A DNA stretch of 64,000 nt from Mytilus californianus (taxonomy: Eukaryota): assembly GCF_021869535.1 (NCBI RefSeq), contig NW_026262581.1:2108001-2172000 (forward strand), in the 5' to 3' direction. The position numbers and the translations under genes are program-made. The notes below the pieces were generated by a model. That model did not search any database and had not been told where the DNA came from. It was given only the letters and a program-made list of their open reading frames with translations. Positions 40,101 to 53,189 of the stretch are shown one piece after another (positions within the stretch are counted from its first letter, which is position 1; each line of letters starts with the position of its first letter).

Positions 40101-41825
40101 AACATGGCTGTGATCATTAACAGGTACACCACAATTCATTTTTCAAATGTCAATGGTGTATCTCAATACAATTATTCCTTAGCAACACTTGACTTGTATT
40201 GATGTTTCAACTGAGGCTGATCATGAGCAGTCAAAACTAATTGAAAGATTAACTTTTTTAGCTTTACTGAACTCAATAAAAAAATGTTCTGTCTCTTTTC
40301 AATCTTCTTTTTTTTTTCTTCAAATGGATCAATTTTAAATTCCAATGGATTAGTTTTTCCTTTTCATTTAAATTTACAACTTTCCTTCTTTGATGGGAAA
40401 CAATTTTGATATGTGTAATATAATAATATCAAGCTGTTATAGGATGACCTTTCAAAAACTACTAGTGAACAGCTTAACCTTCTAAAGAGTAAAATCTTTC
40501 AGTTTCAAATAAATTAAAGAATCTGTCAGATAAATAACAAATGAAAATTCGATTTTCGCTTTCATTTCAATCCTACATTACAAAAATCACTTTCACCTAA
40601 TCTACAAGCTCTTGTCTGTAAAACAAGAACAACATCAGACAATTTAAATTATAATTTAACCTATTTAGTAAAAAATATAAAAGCTTACCTTTGTGAAGTG
40701 ATGTTAAAATTCTTACTAATTCTAATCTATTTTCTTTGAATAATTTTGGCCTCACAGGTGGTAATCTTGGAGACATGTAACTAGTATTATGAGTTGCTAA
40801 ATTCCCTTTTTTAGGCATTTTAATTTTCAAATATCAGTTCTCTGCTAATTTCATCAATTTATTCCTTCATTTTCCTCATTAAAATTCAATATTGCATCTG
40901 CCCTAAGTAACAGCAAGTTCAAACCTTCACAACTTAATTATGTCAATAACTGTATGCTGAAGGCTTTTAATCGTCACTTGTACATATTTACTTATATAAC
41001 ATGGCTTTCTTAAGCTGGTCGTAACAAAAATAAGTAAAATGATTTTGGTTCCTTTCCGATTGACGACCCAAAACCTCTTACAGCTGAACAACTAATAACG
41101 AAGTGAATGCCTATGATTTTATGATAAAGAAATTGTGTTGATTTATTCTGTTGTGTGATATATAAATGAAAAGCTGATTATGTGCTTTATTAAAATCTAT
41201 ATATCCATTAAATCTCTATCGACAATTCAAATCTTTTAAATTCAGTTTGAATGAAATGGTAAAGACGTTTAATTTCAATGATGGTGCCATTTAATTTTGT
41301 TTGTTCTCCACATCATTAACCATTATTCCTGTAATATTGTGAATATCAATGACTTTTAACACTTTACATTAGTTACGTAACCGATACAGAAATTATTACA
41401 ATGAAAAGAGTAAAAGGCACAAAATTCAAGGTTTTTAGTTACCAGTATGTAGGCTACAGTAGCCCCATGATGTAATACTATTGCATATTATAACTGGTAT
41501 TTCTGTAATTTCATTACCATAAATTACTGATTTTTTTTTTCCTTACAAAGAATTATTAAGATAGTTGGACAGCATTCAATATCTTAATTTGTTTGGAAAC
41601 ATATATCAAGACAGTCCACTGAAAAACATTTAGTTTTTCAATTAACGTAATAAAATAATTATAATCTCTATGAAGACTTTCTTGCTCACTAAACACCCAT
41701 AGACACTCAATTTGAGTAACAGCATCTAGTGAAATTTATTGCTTATTGTGTTAGATAAAAGGTTATGTTCTATTCAAACATTTTGTAATAAGAAATGAAT
41801 CATAATGGCTTATTTATAAAAAAAA

Positions 41826-42606
41826 CTGCTTCGCTGAGCGCAGCTGGATACGCCCGCAGAGGTCCAACCCTGAACAGTTGGGGCAAAAATGGACACAATA
41901 TTCAAGCTTGATACAGGTCTGAATTTGGATTGTAATTAAATATTTGACATATTATAGGTTTCTGAATAAATGTAGTCAAAGAACTAGATTACATCAATAG
42001 CTATAAATAATTCACCAAAGTTTCATGAGAACTGCTGAAAGCATTTTTGAGTTATTGTCCAAAAACTGGAAAATCCCCCCTTTTTTAATGAATAAAACCC
42101 CCATAACTCAAAAATGTAAAATCTTAAATTTATAAAATTCTAAAGGGAGCTTACATCAACAGATATAAACAATTCACCAAAGTTTCATGAGAACTGCTGA
42201 AATCATATTTTAGTTGTTGTCCGAAAACTGGAAAATCCCCCTTTTTTAATGAATAAAACCCTGTAACTCGGAAACGTTAAATCTAAAATTTATAAAAATC
42301 CAAAAGGGAGCTCATGTCAATAGATATAAACAATTCACCAAAATTTCTTGCAAGTTGGTGAAAGCATTCTTGAGTTATTGTCGGAAAACTGGAAAATCAC
42401 CCTTTTTAATGAATAAAACCCCAAAACTCGGAAACGGTAAATCTGAAATTTATAAAAAACGAAAGGGAGCTCACGTCAATAGATATAAACAATTCATCAA
42501 AGTTTCATGCATATTGGTTAAAGCTTTTTGAGTTAATGTCCGACATGTTGACGACGGACGGACAGACGGTATACCATAATACATCCCGTAAACATGCGTA
42601 TAAAAA
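41826..42606 (+). mobile_element. HINE: family A head joined to a different body with four ~162-bp repeats
   Basis: Head gctgagcgcagctggatacgcccgcagagg, agatataaacaattcacc units, and GGAC microsatellite followed by a gcgtataaaaa end. Confidence 0.7.
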
Positions 42607-44159
42607 TTGAGATATGACAATGATCATAATGATATCAAAATAATATGCACTAATATAATTAATTGATGTTAATCTAATATGAGTTCAAATACACCAGCAA
42701 TACTCTTTTGGTTATTAATATAAATAACTCTTCATAAGTATTCAGATTTTTCATTTCACCTCTGTCATGTGTCTGTAGGACAAATTATTCTGACTAATGA
42801 AATATGATTGTTTGACAATACAAAATATGATTATACATATAATATTCATTTGAAGCTGAACAATTGAAAAATAATCTATTTCTTCACAAATGTTTATATT
42901 TTACTTTATTGAAGCATTTAAAACCATTTTAATGTTATTTGCTTTTCATGAACACTTTTCATTAATATAATACTTAATACTAGACAAAGTTCTCCTGAAA
43001 TCTTAATTTATTTCAAATAAGGGGATGTAACTCCAGTTAGCAGAGAATATCAGTTTTAAAAGACTGGTACTTTGTAGTTTACACCCTAGTTTTACTTTAA
43101 GTTACTGTTTCAATTTCAATGTGTTTAAGCCTTGTATGTATAATTCATTACTTCTATCTAGTAAGTATCTCTTTTCAGATTTGCTTGTACCACCTGTTTA
43201 CTTTTTGGTTAAAGGAAGGGTGACGACTGGTTCCTCATATTTGCAATATACATGCTGCACATTGTAGGAATAATCTAAATATTGTACTTTCATATTTATT
43301 GTTCTATAACATTCTAAGATATTTAAGTAAGACATTCTCTTTATCAAACACAAAAAACATACTTTTTACCCAAAAAAACCCCATATTATTGCTCTGTTAA
43401 AAGACAATATACCTCAACATTCCTCATGGTACCCATCCAAAAGGCCATTTCATTATTTACAAAGTTAATATACTGGCTGACAATTCTTAACCATTGTTCA
43501 CTGAATGGACACTGATGTATACTGAACCCAGCTTTAATAATGGATTCAGCTCAAGACAAAGGAGCATTTTGTATTTATACAACCACACACTGTGACACAC
43601 CATGAGTGGTTAGTTCCAAGATTTTTGATGGAGTCAACCATGTTAAAAAGAAAAGGAAACCTATAGAAGTAGAAACTGTGATATTTTAGGAGCACCAAGG
43701 TTCCCTGATTCTATCAGAAATGTATTTCTCAAGTTTTATAATACTAGAACACACCCACAACATCGAGGGTCTGTGATTGAATTGAATTAATAAGTCTATT
43801 TTTAGCCAGGATTTTTTGTATTCATATTGCCATCTGATGGGTTTGAACATGTGCTTTATTCTTACCATCTTACTTTTTTACCCTGGAAAGATGTCAAAGT
43901 GGAGCAGATATCGCTTGGAGAACCTAATGTTGTCTAGTTGTGATGCATGTTTGCCACTTGTTATCCCATAAGTTTCTAAAGAAAGTGTGGAGATATTAGA
44001 ATGGGTATGTCTATCTATAATTAATTATACCTCGTGTATTTTATTGCACCTTCAGCAATCACTTTGTTCCTCCAATAACAGATTAATTAGTGAGGATAAA
44101 GAATTAGTATGACATGGCACTCAAAATGAGTAGCTGTAGGCAGTTAGCAATTAACAATT

Positions 44160-44610
44160 GGTCCGAATACACAGTTATTTCGTAGTGCATTTCTTTTAGA
44201 CAATAAATGAAAATAAAAAAAATCCCACCTGCGCTTTCTCAATAATATTTTTACAGTGTGTTGTACTACTTTTGGGACAAATTATATCAAAATTATAGAA
44301 AACTTCATCGGCTCTAACTCAAAATATGGACAATTCTATGTTAAGGGGGTCTTGAAATCTTTTGACAGCTTCCGAAGTGCTAATTTTTAACCTTTTTCAG
44401 CTGGACCAAATCACTACTTTACTTTACAATTCATGACCCAAATTTTTTTACAGTGTAATTTCATACCCCTACTTGCTATTTGAGGCATAAAACATGAAGA
44501 AATACATTTGGAAGGGGTACTAAAAAAATTGGCAAGCAACACACTGTCCACACTAGGGACTTTATTCGTGGACAACGAAAATCAAAGGACGATAACTGTG
44601 TACTCGGACC
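44160..44610. mobile_element. 451-bp MITE, copy 1
   Basis: TIRs ggtccga(a/g)tacacagttat / ataactgtgtactcggacc. Near-identical to 45905-46355. Confidence 0.9.
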
Positions 44611-45904
44611 TAATAGGATAGAAAAATTTGACCAATCTTAATAAAACTTGGAATGACCAAAGCTTAATAAATTATGAGACTGCTGACAGAGTTTCATGGC
44701 AATAGGATATATATTATAGACAATATAAATTCTATATTCAACTTCGCGTGTTAAATTTTGACGTTAAAATTGAAAAATTTCAACTATCAACATTTGGGGC
44801 TTTAAAAATTAAAATATTGCAAAAAAATACATTTTAAATGCCTTAATATATGACATATTATGTATTTAAAGCAATAGAATACTCATTTGATTTATCAGAC
44901 TTATCACAATTATTTAAAAGTCAAATTTATATGAGCCTGTGCCAAAAAATGGAGGTTTTCCAATGAAGGGGGGCCTTACATGAAGATGTATTATTTTCCA
45001 GCAATTTTATTTTTGTGGAGTTTTTTGGTTATAAATAATCCTTACATATGTATTAAATGTACTTTAAAAGGAAAGAAAAATTACAAATAGCATACCATAT
45101 TAGTATCAAAGGGTCTGAAGCCAAGTAAGACTGAAAAAAATTTAGGGTCAATTTAGGCCGTAGCACATATTTACATTTAAAAATGCATACTGAAGCTATA
45201 GGAAATAAAAAATTGTGTCTTTTTTATAATTTCTATACTCAGGTTGCATGATACAATAAATCTGAGCATAAAAGGACTCTTGCATTCAACTTTTTTTGCA
45301 GACAGTATGGTCTGATACAAAGATTTTTCACTTTTTAGTGAAAAACTTGCATGCAATTTTAGCCTCAACAGGCTTATATTTGAACCACTTGCTATTTAAC
45401 ATAAGAAAAGAAAGATACTATGTGAAATGAAACAGGTACAAAAGACATTGTGAAGTGCTTTTAATACAAATTTAGTGAAATCTTTAATATGGACTTCAAC
45501 TTTTATGTACCAAGGTCCTCACATTTAACTTGATCCAAACAGGCTGTTAGACGAGGGTCATTTATACAACACATTTTGCACATATTGTCTGAGATAATCT
45601 TATTTTCTGTAGATTCAGAGTTCACAAATGAGTAATACAACTGGGTTAAAGCATAGAAACACAAATATTGACACAGGAAAACCTGTCACATAGAAAGTCA
45701 GAATGCCACTTATGCATCAAAATTGAAAAAGCTTTGAAATGCTTATTTTGACCATATAATGCCAAAATGGGTAATTTTTGCAGAATTTCTATCAAATAAA
45801 AGTTTAAATCCTTTAGTTTCATGCTATTTGACAAATTGACACCATTAAATCATTCAGGGAAGTTGCCAAAGTACAGATTCAATATTTACTGATTTCGCCT
45901 TTTA

Positions 45905-46355
45905 GGTCCGAGTACACAGTTATTTCGTAGTGCATTTCTTTTAGACAATAAATGAAAATAAAAAAAATCCCACCTGCGCTTTCTCAATAATATTTTTACA
46001 GTGTGTTGTACTACTTTTGGGACAAATTATATCAAAATTATAGAAAACTTCATCGGCTCTAACTCAAAATATGGACAATTCTATGTTAAGGGGGTCTTGA
46101 AATCTTTTGACAGCTTCCGAAGTGCTAATTTTTAACCTTTTTCAGCTGGACCAAATCACTACTTTACTTTACAATTCATGACCCAAATTTTTTTACAGTG
46201 TAATTTCATACCCCTACTTGCTATTTGAGGCATAAAACATGAAGAAATACATTTGGAAGGGGTACTAAAAAAATTGGCAAGCAACACACTGTCCACACTA
46301 GGGACTTTATTCGTGGACAACGAAAATCAAAGGACGATAACTGTGTACTCGGACC
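45905..46355. mobile_element. 451-bp MITE, copy 2
   Basis: Perfect 19-bp TIRs, same orientation as copy 1, differing at only a few positions. Confidence 0.9.
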
Positions 46356-46814
46356 AATTAAACAGTGATTTCTTGCCTTAATAACATGAAGATTACTGTG
46401 AATTTCACACCCTTTTATAACTGTAATGACAACAGGCATTTGACTTGCAATATTATTCAAGATAGACAGAGAGACATCTTCAAAATCACAAGGCGACATT
46501 TGATTACTTTTTTGGGAAAATCTAGGGCAACAGAAACTTCTGTCACACCTTTTTAAAACAAAATCAAGAATCCTAGGGTAAGAATCTTGCTCACTTTGCA
46601 TGAAGTGGTGAGCCATGACCAGATGTAAATATGAATGACACTATGTATCCATTTATTTATACATTTTCTGTACCTATCCAGCATACTTGAAATTGAATGT
46701 AAATTCCAGAAACCCTATGGTCATAAAATTTAATAAGATGCTCACAATAAGAGCTAGACAGAGGCATTATCTCTAACCTAAATAAGCTACAAGTAAAGTC
46801 AAGTATACACTTAC

Positions 46815-46862
46815 TTTTTCGTATATCTTCAATCTTTTCCATATACCTTGTGACACTGGAAC
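46815..46862 (-). CDS. CEP41: CEP41 exon 3 (G-SSVTRYMEKIEDIRK-N)
   Basis: ttttttcactag acceptor, GTAAGT donor, 48 nt. Similar to human GNSMTKYTEKLEEIKKN. Confidence 0.95.
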
Positions 46863-47359
46863 CTAGTGAAAAAATAAATATAAATTTGTGAAATATCACA
46901 ATAGCCCAGTTTTTACAAACAATCCTAACTCTTACAATCCAATATCTGGTTACCCAATGATGTACATAATGCAATGTTTATATGTCAGAAGCTACAAAAT
47001 ATCATACATATTTTGCACAATGAAAAAGTGTTTTTACAGTAATATATATATAATATAAAGAAGGCGGTAATGGCTAAAACCAAAACGTATGGAAACATGT
47101 GTTATACTTTTTATTATATATATATATATATAACGTGCCTAGAAAATCAACCTAACATTGTTGGAGTAGGCCTGATTTTTTACATCCTCCCCAAGGAATA
47201 TATGTACAAAAATAATACAATAATTGTGAAAACATAACTGAATAATTCTCTATGACCATGTTCCATGTTATGATCTATAAATTATATTTAAGTGACTGCA
47301 TTTCATCATTGATGCCAAATATACCAGTAGTTCATACATTGTACCTACATAAGTACATG

Positions 47360-48460
47360 TAACTATCCTTAAAAGGAAACTTGTGTGGCATGATTGCTGC
47401 CAAGTATGCCATCCTATCAGCATTATAATTTATAATTAACTATCTTCAAGTGGGAATTTGTGTGACATGATTGCTGCCAAATATGCCATCCTATCAGCAT
47501 AATAATTGATAATTAACTATCCTCAAGTGGGAATTTGTGTGGCATGATTGCTGCAAGTATGCCATCCTATCAGCATTATAATTTAAAATTAACTATCATC
47601 AAGTGGGAATTTGTAAGTCATGATTGCTGCCAAGTATGCCATCCTATCAGCATTATAATTTATAAGTAACTATCTTCAAGTGGGAACTTGGGTGACAAGA
47701 TTGCTGCCGAGTATGTCAAGTATGTCAACCTATCAGCTTAACTATCTTCAAAGGGGAACTTGTGTGGCATGATTGCTGCCAAGTATGTCAACCTATCAGC
47801 TTAACTATCTTCAAAGGGGAACTTGTGTGCCATGATTGCTGCCAAGTATATCGACCTATCAGCTAAACTATGTTTAAATGGGATTTGTGTGCCATGATTG
47901 CTGCCAAGTATGTCAACCTATCAGCTTAACTATCTTCAAAGGGGAACTTGTGTGCCATGATTGCTTCCAAGTATGTCAACCTATCAGGTTAACTATCTTC
48001 AAAGGGGAACTTGTGTGCCATGATTGCTGCCAAGTATATCAACCTATCAGCTTAACTATGTTTTAAATGGGAACTTGTGTGGCATGATTGCTGCCAAGTA
48101 TGTCAACCTATCAGCTTAACTATCTTCAAATGGGAACTTGTGTGCCATGATTGCTGCCGAGTATGTCAACCTATCAGCTTAACTATGTTTTAAATGGGAA
48201 CTTGTGTGGCAAGAGTGCTGCCAAGTATGTCAACCTATCAGCTTAACTATCTTTAAATGGGAACTTGTGTGGCAAGATTGCTTCTAAATAATGAAATATG
48301 CCATCCCATCAGCTTTACTATGTTTAAATGGGATCTTGTGTTGCACGATTGCTACCAAGTATGTTAACCTTTCAGCTTAACTATCTTTAAATGGGAACTT
48401 GTGTGGCAAGATTGCTGCCAAGTATGCCATCTTATCAGCATTATAATTTATACCATAACT
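47360..48460. repeat. 63-bp minisatellite (longer, ~74-bp units at the left end)
   Basis: Unit GGAACTTGTGTGGCATGATTGCTGCCAAGTATGTCAACCTATCAGCTTAACTATCTTCAAA(G/T)G, period 63 (47758 to 47821). Confidence 0.95.
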
Positions 48461-48486
48461 TTCAAGTATGAAGATTATAGTAGATA

Positions 48487-49960
48487 TAAGAAGACGTGGT
48501 ATGAGTGCCAATGAGACAACTCTCCATCCAAGTCACAATTTGTAAAAGTAAACCATTATAGGTCAAAGTACAGTCTTCAACATGGAGCCTTGGCTCACAC
48601 CGAACAGCAGGCTATAAAGGGCCTAAAAAATTACTTGTGTAAAACCATTCAAACGGGAAAACCAACGGTCTAATCTATATAAATAAATTGCTTCGCCGAG
48701 CCCAGCTGGATACGAACGCAGAGGTCCAACCCTGAACAGTTGGGGCAAAAATTTGCGCTTGATACAGGTCTGAATTTGGATTGTAATTAAATATCTGACA
48801 CATAATAGGTTTCTGACACAGAATAACTGTAGTCAAAGAACTTAGAATTGGTTATATGATTTGAATTTATATTCAATTTTTTACTTTTGTGCAATACACT
48901 ATGCTGTTGCAAATTGACCCCCCCCCCAAAAAAAAAAATTACCCCCTTATTATTTGCTTTTGTGCAATACACTATGTTGTTGTGAATTGACCCCCACCCC
49001 CCAAAAAAATATTTGAAGAAATTATCTTTTTAATTTCTGAAATCTGAAATGAGAAAAAATTGTCCCCCCCCCCCCCCTCACAATTTCTTTTATACCCCCC
49101 CCCCCTCCCTTTTTCCCCCCAAAAAAATTCTTTCCCTCAAGATATGGTCATAATCTCAATTCAAATTTCCAATGGAGTTTGCAACCATAATTACCCATTT
49201 AAATACATCATAAAAGTCTTAAAATAGAAAATGAAATACATAATCATGGCTAACATTAATATTTCTTAATCAGTATTTTTAAATAGTTACTTCTATAAAT
49301 AAATTGACAGCTAATCACCTCAAGACAATACAAAATTTCTTTATGCATAATTTAAAAGCAGTGCAAGGGAGGTAATCCAAACATAACATTGTACTTTTTT
49401 TTTAATTGTCCATTAACCAGGAAACCCTTGTTTTCCCCCTTTTTTGCCCCTAATTCCTAAACGGTTTGAGCCATAACCCCCCAAAGCCAATCCTAACCAT
49501 CCCTTTGTGGTATGGAAACTTGTGGTATAATTTCAGAGAGATCCATACACCGTTCCACAAGTTATTATCTGGAAACTAGAAAAATGCTTATTTGGACCCC
49601 TTTTTGACCCTTAATTCCTAAACTGTTAGGACTATAACCCCCAAAATCAATCCCAAGCTTCCTTTTGTGTCTATAAACCTTGTGTTTAAATTTCATAGAT
49701 TTCAATTTACATTTACTAAAGTTATTGTCCAAAACCAAATGTCTTCGGACGATGCTGACAACGACGTGATACCAAAATACGACCGCAAAATTTTTTGCGG
49801 TCGTATAAAAACGAGAAACACATCAACAAACGAAAACTAGGGAACATCAGATTCCTGACTTAGGACAGGTGCAAACAAAGGCAGCTGGTTTAAATGTTTT
49901 AATAGGTACCAACCTTCACCCTTGTCTAAAACAATAATGTAACATCACAACATAGAAAGA
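48487..49960 (+). mobile_element. SINE-like element (48487-48683 + 49811-49960) split by a HINE insertion
   Basis: The 5' half ends ctatataaa and the 3' half resumes acgagaaac...cagattcctgacttaggacagg directly after the HINE terminus. Confidence 0.7.
48684..49810 (+). mobile_element. HINE family A, full length
   Basis: 5' atacgaacgca subTIR and perfect 3' hairpin ATACGACCGCAAAATTTTTTGCGGTCGTAT+AAAA. Confidence 0.85.
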
Positions 49961-51713
49961 ATTAACGGTCTTGAATTAAAACAGAGTTCTCACTCCTGGA
50001 CTCATGAAAATCTTCAAAACTGGTGAGTCCAAAGATGCATCAAGATTGTAAAATGTTGTATCAAATGAGCATTGTGCCACACTTATCATTTTATAGCAAA
50101 AGTTTAAAAATAATCTATATTTGATTTCATGTCCTTGCTCTATTTGTCATGGAGACTGAAAGAAGGAATTATAAAGCACTAGTATTTCTTCTTCTCACGG
50201 TTTTACTCACCATGGCCAAAAATGATGAGTCCCTGGAATCCTCTTAAAAAATCTTTAGTGAGAACCCTGTTAAAACAGACTGAGTCTTTTTGAAAAATCA
50301 AATATTTTAAAATACAATACCTTAGACAATTTTAATAAAAGAACAGAGTTCCAATGTCCCCTGCTTTGCACATATTTTATCTATCCAAGGTACAAGGGCA
50401 ATAACAAAAAAAAAAAAACTTTTTTTTTGTTCTTTAAAACTTTTTATTAATATCTAGAGAGAAATGAAGGCTTCAGAGCAAATGCAATGTGATTTCCATT
50501 ATAATTTATATTTCTAAGGGATATAACTTGTTAAAATTATTTGATAAGAACTTATTTTCGAAAGTGTCACAGACATTGCTGATATAAACCTGATATAAGT
50601 TTCATAAAATTCTGGCAAGAATTGAACACCTGAGACTGAGAGCGATAACATTGCAAATTTCCATATAATTAATATTTTCAGTGGTCTATTAATATGTGAA
50701 AAATATTAAGGCCCACCTTTTCCTTTCATAAATTTGTGATAATCTGGCCCTCCATACATATTTGCTGCGCATTGGCGGATTTACCAGACAAACACTTTTC
50801 TGATAAAAACACGGATGACCCACTTGTTTTGTTGATTTTAAAAATTAAATTCAGATATTTTTTCGGAAATGAGATATACACAGTTGATTTGTCAGTGAAT
50901 CGATTTATATTAAATTTGATACAATTAGTATATAATTAAGCAGAAATACATACGAGCAAAGCCTTATGTGGGCAGATTTACCGGACTGCATCGTAATAAA
51001 GGTGTTGATTGTATTATTTTACGAAATGATGTGGTTAAAAGGTGTCACATGTTATCTAAAGGATTTATTTACAATTTTGCAACGCACGTGTTTGAAGCAT
51101 AGTTTTACGTCTCCTAGTTTTCTTTTAAACGATGGTTCGGAAAAGAAAACTGATAGTATGACGAAAACTGTTCTAAAGCAAGAAAAATCTCTGACTTTAT
51201 AAACTTTTTCCTTTAACTTTGATAGAAATAATTGATTTGAAGTGTGTATCAGTGTTTACGACTGTTTTGGCGACGCACCAGTTTCAAGCATAGTTTTACG
51301 GCTCAACTTTTTCTATTTATGATGGTCCTGAAAAGAAAACTGTTGCTACGAAAAAATAAAATTCAATTGTAAGAAAAATCTCTGTCTTTAGTTTTTACCC
51401 TTGAACTAGACGGGAAAATATATATCAGATAAACTTATTGAAGATGAAACTTGTGTTCTCAGAAGTCAAAAATTATGATTTCATGATCATCTATATTTCA
51501 ATTTTACAGTATCTTCTGAAAAGTAAATGTTTAGTGTTTATTCATTACAATGTAGATTAAAAAGAAAGATTTGTAGAATTATCAACAATGTAGATTAAAA
51601 TAAAATACTCCACTGGGGCGCAGCTTGATACGACCGCAGAGGTCGAACCCTGAACAGTTGGGGCAAGTATGGACACAACATTCAAGCTTGATATAGCACT
51701 GAATTTGGATTGT

Positions 51714-53189
51714 AACAAGAAATGATTGTAACAGGATGCTGTTACGAAGTCTCCCAAACGAAGCTCCCATAATTCGTAATTCCCAGGGTCGCCTGACATT
51801 GGGCAACGTCCAGTGAAAATTGGTTTGGTCCAGTAAAGTTATATGCATTAGTGATGCCTGGGAACTAACCTTGTATATCATTCAAATCATCTTGGCATGA
51901 CAAACCAGAATATATATGGTTTAGGGGTGGGGATCTCGACCATTTACAAGATACTAGAATATTAGGGGTGGGGGGAACCCCTGGGGACTGACCATATACG
52001 TCATTCAAATGTTCCAGACATGACAAATAGGAATATATATGGTTTAGGGGTGGGGATCTCAACCATTTACAAGATATTAGAACTTTCTCAAATGGCAGGG
52101 GGTCGGGATGACCCCTGGGGACTAACCCTGTATATCATTCAAACCATCTTCGCATGACAAACCAGAATATATATGGTTTAGGGGTGGGGATCTTGACCAC
52201 TTACAAGATATTAGAACTTTCTTAAATGGCAGGGGGTGGGGGTGACCCCTGGGGACTAACCCTGTATTTCATTTGATGTGCTTTATCATGACAAACCAGA
52301 ATATATATGGTTTAGGGGTGGGGATCTCTACCATTTACAAGATATTAGAACTTTCTCAAATGGCAGGGGGTTGGGATGACCCCTGGGGACTAACCCTGTA
52401 TATCATTCAAACCATTTTAGCATGACAAACCAGAATATATATGGTTTAGGGGTGGGGATCTTGACCACTTACAAGATATTAAAAACTTTCTCAAATGGCA
52501 GGGGGTGGGGGTGACCCCTGGGGACTAACCCTGTATTTCATTTGATGTGCTTTATCATGACAAACCAGAATATATATGGTTTAGGGGTGGGGATCTCGAC
52601 CATTTACAAGATATTAGAACTTTATCAAATGACAGGGGGTCGGGATGACCCCTGGGGACTAACCCTGTATATCATTCAAACCATCTTAGCATGACAAACC
52701 AAAATATATATGGTTTAGGGGTGGGGATCTTGACCACTTACAAGGTATTCGAACTTTCTTAAATGGCAGGGGGTGGGGCTGACCCCTGGGGACTAACCCT
52801 GTATTTCATTTAATGGGCTTTATCATTTAGAACATTTTCAATTAAAAAGATTGTGTCTATCACAAACGGTTTTCAATTTATAATCATTTGAAATTTAAAA
52901 AAATAAAATCCCATAGGGTTCTATAGTAAAACCCTCTTTTCTTTTTGCCCCTCAAAGTACACCTTTATAAACCGCATTGCACAAACAAAACCCTGATTGC
53001 ACCACTAGACATGTTAGTCTAACATATTGTAAAACCCTAAGTTAATCTGACAAGCGGTTTTGGAGAACGGGTGCGGACAAGTTCAAATTTAAAAGCGGCG
53101 GAAGAAGAAGAAGAAGAAGAAGAAGAAGAATAATAATAAGAACTGAGCAAAAACAATAAGTCTTCCCAAACTTTGTTTGGGAGACTTAG
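51714..53189 (+). mobile_element. HINE family B with ~134-bp G-rich core repeats in A/B alternation
   Basis: 5' subTIR AAGTCTCCCAAAC (51747-51759), 3' hairpin aagtcttcccaaac-ttt-gtttgggagactta, (GAA)n(TAA)n microsatellite near the 3' end, and eight core units at 51870-52830. Confidence 0.85.

Noticed and set aside
43200-43274. Exon-like segment (tttag|AT TAT TCC...YSYNVQHVYCKYEEPVVTLPLTKK) in intron 3
   Set aside because: It ends in phase 2 or at a TAA, is incompatible with exon 4, and has no homology I recognise.
43600-45600. Possible reverse-transcriptase relics (FDGVNH at 43624, AVRRGS at about 45540)
   Set aside because: The motifs are too short and degenerate to call without an HMM search.
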